A stretch of 64,000 bases of DNA from Cladosporium halotolerans (lineage: Eukaryota): positions 1-64,000 of the forward strand of contig NW_027191457.1 of NCBI RefSeq assembly GCF_011745625.1. The letters are read 5' to 3'. A program made the position numbers and the translations under genes. The notes beneath the pieces were generated by a model. The model made no database searches and was not told the origin of the DNA. It was given only the letters and a program-made list of their open reading frames with translations. Of this stretch, positions 12,576-21,677 are shown piece by piece; position 1 is the stretch's first letter; each line of letters opens with the position of its first letter.

Positions 12576-13261
12576 TTTGTAGGGAAATGACAGAGATCAC
12601 GAACCCTAGCAGGAGTTTGCGTTCTCAAAACGTCAAAAGAGAATTACATCTATCAATTTCGATGCCATGTAGGCGTCCGCATATTTACACGATCTAAATA
12701 CTTCGGACCCTTCTGATGGCTGGTCCAGAAGCAGCGTAGAGATACCGATAAGCAGAGTCATTCGCGCCACCGCTGGCTATCGCCTAACTGCTGATGAACT
12801 CGTAGCTGATAAGGTCCTCGGTAGCGATGCTTCAGAAAGTCTGTCGCTCCCTCCTGCTGAAGTGAGCTGTCACCGCTGCGCACGTGAGCGATAGCTCCAG
12901 ATCGTCGGTCTGTCGATCCGCTCGGTCCTTCTGCATTCGGCGCCAAGTCTGCAGAGTGAATGGCATGCCTGTGCCGACACCAGCCACGACAGCTTCACGA
13001 CTCCACGAGCGCGTGTCGTTCCACGCAGAGAAGTGCGCTTATCGTCTCCAATTAGTCTGCTCCCGCGTTCACTGTTCTGAGTAGCTTACCATGCTGATCT
13101 TTGAGTGGCACACGCGTGTGAGCTCCTTGGTTGAGCGGGGCATGCTATGTTTTGAATCGGACAGAATTGAGTATTAATAAATGTAAGTCCCAAAAACCTC
13201 AGACCCCTCTGGCACCGTACGTACTCGATTTTCCACACAAGATTGTAATCGATCAATCACA
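12576..13261. promoter_or_regulatory. Divergent promoter with clustered HGATAR (AreA/NIT2-type) sites
   Basis: GATA sites at about 12650 (-), 12746, 12777 (-), 12807, 12889 and 13039 (-), between head-to-head permease and M24 genes. Confidence 0.6.
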
Positions 13262-14704
13262 ATGGGCTCAATCAAGCCTGTGGAAGTAAAACAGCCGAGG
13301 CCTTTCACAAAGGCCCTCCACTTCTCAAAGGATGAATTCCACCAGCGCCAGCAGCGTGCTTTGGGTCTGATGAAACGAGAAGGTCTTGATGGCTTTCTAT
13401 TGACGAAGCAGGAATCGCTCTACTACCTGACTGGTTATGATACCTTTGGATATGGTGAGTATCCACATAAGATGTCCTGCGACAAATAGTCTTCAATGCC
13501 TGACCGTCCGGCAGTCTTTTTTCAGGCGATGTATTTCTCTTCCGATGGATCCATGCGTCTGATCACGCGCACGCCGGACCTTCGCCAAGCTTTGTACACT
13601 TCAACCTTGAGCTCGAAAGATATCCTCATCCGCCCAGATGATGCCAGCAGCAACCCAGTCGCGCTGGTTCCCGAGGTTCTGAAAGAGTTTGGTATCAACT
13701 CTCCATCTAAGAAGATTGGATACGAGCCAGACTCGGCCACCCTGAACATGCGAATCGGACAGCTCCTGCTGGAAGCTATCGACGGCCTTTGCACTTTGGT
13801 AGACCACAGTACTTTGTTTGGCAGAGAGCTTCGCATCATCAAGTCAGAATCTGAAATGCGGAAAGTCCGCAAAGCCGCTTACCTTGCCGATTTCGCCATG
13901 ATCCGCACGCTCAAGCTTGCGAAGCCCGGGGCGTACGAGGGGGATCTGTGGCGCGAGATCGTCGGTACGGTTTACGAGGGAGGCGGAGACGATCCGGCAA
14001 ACGAGAACATCCTCGTCTCCGGAAACAAGGCTGTTCTGACGCGGTACTCTACCGGGAAAGACGTCGTCGACCGGCAGCTCACACTTGAGCACGCTGGCGT
14101 ATACAAGCACTACCACGCCTGCTTGATGCGGACAGTGCACATCGGCGGAGTCACTCAGCTCGCGCGACGCATGTTTGAAGTCAACAAGTTGCAGATGAAG
14201 GCTGCCATGGAGGCTCTGAAGCCTGGACACGAGATTGGAGACGTTTTCGAGGCCTACGCTCGTGTCGGCGACGAGAATGGCTTCAGGGAGCAGCGGTTCA
14301 ACGCCTGCGGCTACAGCTTGGGTGCTACTTTCGCCCCAACATGGATGGACTTCCCTATGTTTGTGCGGGGGCAGAGTGTCATTGCCCAGCCGGGTATGGT
14401 ATTCTTCATCCACATCATCTTGATGGACCAGGCCACGGACACCGCCAGCTCCATCGGACAGACTGTTGAGGTCACCGCGGGCGGCTGCGTTTCTCTATCG
14501 AAGCTGCCATTCTATGTCACGCGCAAGCAGACTCTTGCTGCTTGGAAAAGTATCCGGAAGGAAGACTATGGGTTCACCGCCGACGAAGAGGACGACGGTG
14601 AGAATTTGCAGGACATCGAGCTCTCTGATGGCGAGGCGGACGATGAAGACTATGACGTCGAATATGACTTCAGCAAGTACACACCATCAAACGCAGTGGA
14701 GTAG
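13262..14704 (+). CDS. M24-fold hydrolase (creatinase/ectoine hydrolase EutD-like; Xaa-Pro peptidase family)
   Basis: Creatinase_N-like start (FSKDEFHQRQ...ESLYYLTGYDTFGY); intron 13455-13514; LRIIKSESEM; LEHAGVYKHYHACLMRT; CGYSLGATFAPTW; PGMVFFIH; acidic C-terminal tail. Confidence 0.88.
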
Positions 14705-14852
14705 ATACATTTCTCAATGATCAATAACGCACACAGTTCAACTATTCGTTCGCGTGAAAGAATTACATTTTGTGGATTTCATATAGTGCAAATCATCGCT
14801 CGATACTTCATGAAGAGGCTTTCAACTTACGAGTGCCTCTGCTTGATTTTGA

Positions 14853-16040
14853 TCATTTGCAAAATTCTGACTCGATCCGCACGAAAGCGTCCACAAGGTG
14901 TTGGATGGATTCAATCTCCACCCATTCTTCGGCTGCATGCAGGCCGTAGCCTTTAGGCCCCCAGATGACACCAAAAATGCCTTTGTCGGCCAAAAGGGCC
15001 ATGTCTGTCCAATAAGTTTCACCCTTGATCTGTGGAGTGGCACCAGTGACCACAGTGGCATGTTCCGCAACCAACTTGACGAAGCTGTGATCAGAAGCGA
15101 CTCCAAAAGGACTTCGCGAGAAGCCAGTGCGCAAGCCAGCTGTGAATCCCGGGACTTCTCTAGTGAGTTTTCGTAGTATCTGCTCGAGTTCCTCCTGTAT
15201 TTCTACCAAATTCTCGCCAGGCACAGTTCTGCGTTCAATGGAGATTGTGCAAGAATCCGGATACGAGTTCACTTCAGCGCCACCTTTGATGACCCCAGCA
15301 TGAATGCTCGGAGCCCCAAGCTTCGGATTGCCCTGCTCGAGCCATCTGAGTTCCAGACGTTGTGAAAGTCGATCAATCTCTACCAGGAAGTAACCAGCTT
15401 TGCATATGGCATCAATTCCTAGATCCGGTCGAGAGCCGTGAGCAGCAACGCCAGAGACTTCTACATAGAAGACTGCTAGACCTTTGTGGGCGTTGATGAT
15501 TGACATCTCGGTTGGTTCTGCCACTATCGCCGCATTGGCTTGCCAGCCTGCTTGGAGCACTTGCTCGGTCCCGATGCTCGCCATTTCTTCGTCAGCAACT
15601 GCAGCAAGGATCACATCACCTTTGAGGTTCAGCGACTTTGCGGTCGCGAGAGCGATCATCGCGGCTGCAAGCCCACTCTTCATGTCAGCACTACCACGGC
15701 CATAGATCTTATTGTCCTGTATTTCTGCGCTCAGTGCATCTCCATCGTAGGTTGACAGGCTGACAGTATCTGTGTGCCCATTGAACATCAGGCTTCTGCC
15801 GCCTCCTGAGCCTCGAACTACGCCAACCACAGACGGCCGCCCTTTGGTTGGTTCGATTCGGTAGCATTCGATGTCGCGTGTTTGGAGCCATTGGCTGATG
15901 AAGTCGGCAATTGCAGTTTCACCCGCACCAGAATCGAGGCCGAGATCCGGGTTAGACGAATCGATTCGGACCAGCGCCTGTGTAAGGGACACCACATCGT
16001 TCAGCCCTTGACCCGGGGGAAGAGATAATCGGTGATTCAT
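14853..16040 (-). CDS. M20 family ArgE/DapE-like deacylase (acetylornithine deacetylase-like), intronless
   Basis: Motifs FNGHTDTV, YGRGSADMKSG, ADEE, AEPT, GVAAHGS and GLHAAEEWV give the full M20 metal-ligand set. Confidence 0.93.
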   Translation of the reverse strand: MNHRLSLPPGQGLNDVVSLTQALVRIDSSNPDLGLDSGAGETAIADFISQWLQTRDIECYRIEPTKGRPSVVGVVRGSGGGRSLMFNGHTDTVSLSTYDGDALSAEIQDNKIYGRGSADMKSGLAAAMIALATAKSLNLKGDVILAAVADEEMASIGTEQVLQAGWQANAAIVAEPTEMSIINAHKGLAVFYVEVSGVAAHGSRPDLGIDAICKAGYFLVEIDRLSQRLELRWLEQGNPKLGAPSIHAGVIKGGAEVNSYPDSCTISIERRTVPGENLVEIQEELEQILRKLTREVPGFTAGLRTGFSRSPFGVASDHSFVKLVAEHATVVTGATPQIKGETYWTDMALLADKGIFGVIWGPKGYGLHAAEEWVEIESIQHLVDAFVRIESEFCK

Positions 16041-17030
16041 GATTCGTCAAAGTGCTTAGAGATATGAAGTTACCCTAAGAAGCTGAGTTGATATTCTGCT
16101 CGAAATCTATTGCCAATGCCCAGGAAGGTCCCTAGTTGTAACGAGTTCTCTGGATCCCCCGCCCTTGAGCACAAACCGGTTCCAAGCTGCGTTTCGCTGC
16201 CCAGATTAGTTTTAATGTGGATCGGTCGACGGTACATTGATAAGCCCCGCAGTCCGTAACATGGTTTGATGGTCCAAACGTCGAAGTAGATAGGAAAGTT
16301 CCAAATAGGCTGTAGCGAGCGAACGCAGATCAGCGGACGGAACGGCCGTGTGGGAACCTTGTCTGATGACTCCGCACGCGCGTCCACGTGGAGGCAACCC
16401 CACTGTAGACATGCCTTCTACACTATTCTCGCCGGCACGTGAGCATGAGGAAATTCGGCTACTAGCCATATCATGCATTGGCATGATATTCTTAGCAAGT
16501 GGAGTGAAATGGGCGATCTCCGCATTTACGATTGTTCCGGGCCGGAACTTTGGTAAGCCGGTTTGACCATCTGAAATGCCAACATCGCAACAGTGTAACA
16601 CTTAAGTATACCTCGTTAAGCTCATGATCTTACATCTCAGATATTAACTCTTCACACAATGAGAGCAAGTAATCTAGTTTCAACTTTATTCGACGGGAAA
16701 GCGAAAGAAGCATTGAATGTCAAACGGAAGGTAGCCTGGACCTGAAGAGAGGATCTCGCAATTGAAGAAATTGAAAGATAACCGCACGAGAAACGTCTTT
16801 TCTTGAGTGAGCAATGGGATAGCTGGGTCATGAATATTTGGAACTCCTGCGCTTGTTAATGGTGTGTACGCTACCAATTCGACGAATGTCTTAGCGCCCG
16901 CTTCCTTTACCGTTAAAAATAGGGATTCTTACATGTAACATTTTCCTCTCAACTTGAGAGCGTGTTTTCCCTATAATCTAAGACTATTATTTAGCAGATT
17001 GACTCCTATTGAGCGAGCTATGTCTCCAAA

Positions 17031-18548
17031 ATGGCAGCCGATTCGAATCGCTTCGGCTCTAGCTGTCCTGCGAGACTGACTTCGGAGCCCCTTGAAGCCG
17101 TGCAACACCTCAAGGTCAGCATCGACAATCCCGAAACTAGCACAAACGACAGCCTGGACTTTGAGCGCTGTAGCGCTCTTCACAACGCTATAGCCAGGCA
17201 TACATGGCAGGCGCAAGGCTACGATCTTGCAGATCTCCCCACGACAACTTGGTGGCAAAAACCGGATTATGCGCCTAGACTAGAAGAACTTCAGGAACAT
17301 CTTCCCGAGAGCCTCATTGAGTTCTTGAAGCGAGCGCTGAGCCCGGCTGCAGAAGAGCTACCAGACAGCTCAAGATATTACTTTTTCTACTTATGTGATG
17401 GCCTCGCCAGTCCCGATTCTCTATGGCATGAAGTCGGAGAACCCGAGGGTGAGATGGGTGGGATTGAACGGATTGCTCTGTATCTAACCGACACTCTTAC
17501 TAGCGACGAGACTCTTGACGCCATCGTGTGAGTGTTTGTCGAACTGTTCCAGGGTGAATGGATTCTGATGCATCCAGATACGACTATGACGCCCACTGGT
17601 GCGTCTTCAACAGCTACCCTTACTTTGTTTTCGAGGATGACGACTCGTCGCCCATATGGCAACGCCTGGAAACAATTTTGACCGCCTGGATTGTGATGAT
17701 CGAGCGGCGAAAGGTAGCGGTGATGCACAAGGACCTCGGCAAGGGGCCAGATCCTGCGTCCGGCGTCTGCCTTGACATGAAGGAGCCGTGGGGATGGGCT
17801 TCGTGGACGAGGGCCGACCTCGAAGACGCCCTTGAAGCCTGGAACGATCTTATCGGTGCCATCAACGACCGACTTCCAGAACCCCGACCTGACCCCTTGT
17901 CACGCTCAAGCTTGTTCGAAGTGGACGACCTCCGCGCAGCAGAAATCGAAGAAGGTAGCTTTGCGTGGGAGTTCTATACCAAGGCATGCAAACCGTACTT
18001 CCAGTTCCTCGGACCAGGTTTGCAGCCTGCCTCCCGAGAACAGTTACTCAGCCGCCCGTTCAGATCGGTTTGGGAAAGCCAGAATCCACGGCCAGATTTA
18101 GGGAGCCCGGAGATCTTCCCACTGCCAATCCTGCTTGGCTCGCAGCTTGCGAACTCCTGGGTAGACAGCTACCAGTACGAAGTTGGGCCCGTCGCTTGGG
18201 GTCTTTACTTGGATATCTTGCATTCTCGGACACTATCATGCCCTTACGAGGACGCGACACGGCTAGTGTTGCCTTACGAGCTCGATGGATGGCAAGCCCG
18301 CGGTCGGGAATGCTGAGCTCTATCAGATCGGCCAGAACCCATTCGAGACAAATCGCGCGACCACGCAGCTGTGGCAAATGCTGAAGAATTTCACTGCGCA
18401 CGTCGACTCTGAAGAGTGGAGGGTCGATGCTAACGGAGTGAGTGAGCCGGCGACCGTGTTCGATAATTTCTTTGTGCATGGAACAGAGCCGGACAGCGAT
18501 GAGGCGGCGAATGTGCGTTACGCAATGCTCAAGAACATGTACCTTTAG
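17031..18548 (+). pseudogene. Fungal hypothetical protein with apparent frameshift near 18285-18300
   Basis: Exon 1 (17031-17527) and intron 17528-17577 join in frame to ORF 17558-18316. The protein-like C-terminus (ELYQIGQNPF...WRVDANGV) continues in another frame with no usable intron. Confidence 0.55.
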
Positions 18549-19196
18549 AACATGTTCCGCCAAATTGCAACGCTGCCTTCATTGCCTTAGATGAGGCAAA
18601 TGGATACATGATGGAACGTTGCCCATGTTGACAGCCAACACAGCTATTGATCGTCCGGAGTGAAATGTGATGTACGTGAGTCCGTAATATCCTGCCGTGG
18701 TATTTTGAGCACGAGAAAGCTTGGAGTGGAGATCGTGGTAGCGATAACACCTCGACACGGACATACGGATCCCAAGGCGCAGTAAGGCGGTGATATCGGC
18801 TTCCCTTTAGAGGCTTAATGCTTGGCTTTCTGGCTCAACGTCGTTTGGAGTTCCCTTTAGCGCTCTAGTTGGTCGCTCTGAACCCTGTTTGTTGCGTTGT
18901 GTGGAGTCGGTGCACGCCCTGGCTGGACGCAACGCCGGCGAAGCATGCACTTGGACAGCTCACCTAAGCAGCTAAAGGAAACCGCGAGCGAATATCAATC
19001 AATCGGCAATCATTACCACTATGGAGTTTACGTGCTACAGATAAGCACTGATAGTTGACAGAACCGTCGAACTCTCCCACAGAAGCCTGTAGCCACGCCA
19101 CTTCCCGCTCGCGTCTTCTTCACTCCTTGCAACATCTGCCATCACTACCATTCAAGGTGTCACACTAGATCACTCGAAACCTCCTGAAACATTACG

Positions 19197-21345
19197 ATGA
19201 TGCATCCATTCGATCCTCTGACATCGGAGGAAATTTACCGAGCGGCAGACGTTGTGAGGCCGCACTTTGGGCGGCATCGGCCCAATTTTCGTGTCCTGAC
19301 GCTGCAAGAGCCCCCAAAGCAGCAGATGATCCCGTTCCTGGAGCAAGAGCACCAACGGTCTCAGAGGTCGCCTCAGCGGCCCGTCCGTTGTGCCCGCGTT
19401 GAAGTCGTGGTGGAATTAGAAGAAGAGAAGAATGCCCTCTTCGAACTTTTGGTCGATCTCGATCAAGACAAAGTCATTGCCAAGCAGCATCAGCGAGGCA
19501 AGCATTCATACATCGATGCCGAGTACATGAAGCAAGTAGAGGCCGCCTGTCTTGCAGATGATCGGATCCAAGACCAGATTCGCACGCTGGATTTGCCCGA
19601 AGGATCCGTGGTTGTCGTTGAGCCTTGGGCCTACGCTACAGATGGTGAGAATGATATGAGCCAACGGCTATCTATGGTACGTGATGATGCCAATCTCGTT
19701 GGACCTCCATGCTGACATCCTGCAAGTGTTGGTTTTACCTTCGACTTGGTGGACACTCTGACTACAATTACTACGCCTACCCATTAGATCTCTGTGCAGA
19801 GGTCTCTGAGAATCTTGGGGTTGTCAAGATCTATCGTCTACCAACCTCTCCAAATGAACGCATCAACAATGAACAGCGCAAGTTTGACCAACGAAGGATC
19901 CATTCGTCATCTCTGAGTGAGTACCATCCCGAGTTGAGGCCTTCCCCAAGGACGACTACGAAGCCATACCAAGTAGTCCAGCCCGAGGGCCCTTCTTTCA
20001 GTATCCAGGGTCAAAAGGTATCTTGGGAGAAATGGACTTTCCGTGTCGGCTTCAATTATCGGGAAGGTCTCACGCTGCACGACATTTGCTACGACAATCG
20101 AAGTCTGTTCTACCGATTGTCGCTTGCGGAAATGTTTGTACCGTATGGTGATCCTCGTGCTCCCTACCCTCGCAAGGCTGCCTTTGACCTTGGAAACGAT
20201 GGAGCAGGCATCAATGCCAACAACCTGCAGCTTGGCTGTGATTGTCTGGGTACGTACAAAGAGACATCCCGGACAACGATTCATCAATGTTAACGCCGAA
20301 CCTTTCAGGCACGATCAAGTATTTCGACGCTTGGCACAATGACTCCAATGGCAAGCCAGTCAAGATGCCAAATGTGGTCTGCTGCCACGAGCAAGACGAT
20401 GGACTCCTATGGAAACACACCAATTTCCGCACCCAAAACGCCGTCGTCGCCCGATCCCGCATCCTCGTTTTGCAGACTGTCATTACGGTCTCGAACTACG
20501 AATACATCTTCGCTTTCCATTTCAGTCAGGACGCTTCAATACATTTTGAGGTGCGAGCGACCGGAATCCTCTCGACGGTACCTGCAGAAATGGATGCAGG
20601 GAAGGTACCCTACGGCACTCGAGTAGCACCGGGAGTGTTGGCTCCGTATCATCAGCATCTGTTCAGCCTTCGGATTGACCCTGCAGTCGACGGCCACGCC
20701 AACTCCTTGGTGGTCGAAGAATCAAAAGCTCTCCCCGTCAACGACCCAGCTGTGCACAACCCTTACGGGGTAGGTTACATCTCGGAGAGCAGCACAGTTG
20801 AATGTGAGGGCGGGCATGATCTTGACTTTACCAAGAACCGGACCTTCAAGATCGTCAATGAAAACAAGATGAATCCAATCACTCAAACGCCAGTCGGCTT
20901 CAAGCTATTGCCAGCTTACAGTCAAATGCTGCTCGCTGATCCGCAGTCCTTTCACGCGAAACGCTCAGAATTCGGCAAGCACGCGGTCTGGGTCACGCGC
21001 TACGAAGACAACGACCTGTTCCCGGCTGGGAAATACACGATGCAATCCAGCGGCGGAGATGGCATCGCATCGGCGATCGCCAAGCGAAACGCCAGTGGGC
21101 AATCGAAGTCCGTTCGGAACAGCGACATCGTGGTGTGGCACACATTCGGCTCTACTCATAATCCGCGTATCGAAGACTGGCCCGTAATGCCGAACGAAAA
21201 AATGATCGTTGGGCTGAAGCCTGTCAACTTCTTTTCCGGAAATCCTGGGCTGGACGTGGCGCCTTCTACCCAAGAGAAGAACAAAAGCGTGCTGTACGAT
21301 GAGAACGCGTCTGATGGAACGCCGTGCTGCCGTTCAAAATTATGA
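19197..21345 (+). CDS. Copper amine oxidase (TPQ), peroxisomal
   Basis: HPFDPLT N-terminus, TVSNYEY TPQ motif, HQH copper ligands, WHTFGSTHNPRIEDWPVMP; C-terminal SKL; introns at about 19677-19727 and 20250-20308. Confidence 0.95.
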
Positions 21346-21677
21346 GCGATGATGGCATTGCTGTGCTCGGAAATATATCAGGCAGCATTTCTTTCAACGG
21401 AGCACAACGATAGACTCTTTACCTCTCAAGCGTCGCAAGGATTCACGTAAAGACGAGGTGAATGTTGCTAGGATGCGGAGGGCCAAGCAAGGGTTCACCT
21501 GCGTATGCTCATGGCGAACAGCATGTACAGAATCTCCAAGTCTGCTCATGAGTCGTGTGATCGCGGAGGCCTAATGCATCGACTGCTCCGGACCGCTGAA
21601 AGAGGTGGTGGCGGCATACTTATTCAATTTAGACCTGCTACGTACATGAGTCAGCGATGTCTGTACTGAGCTGGCCA

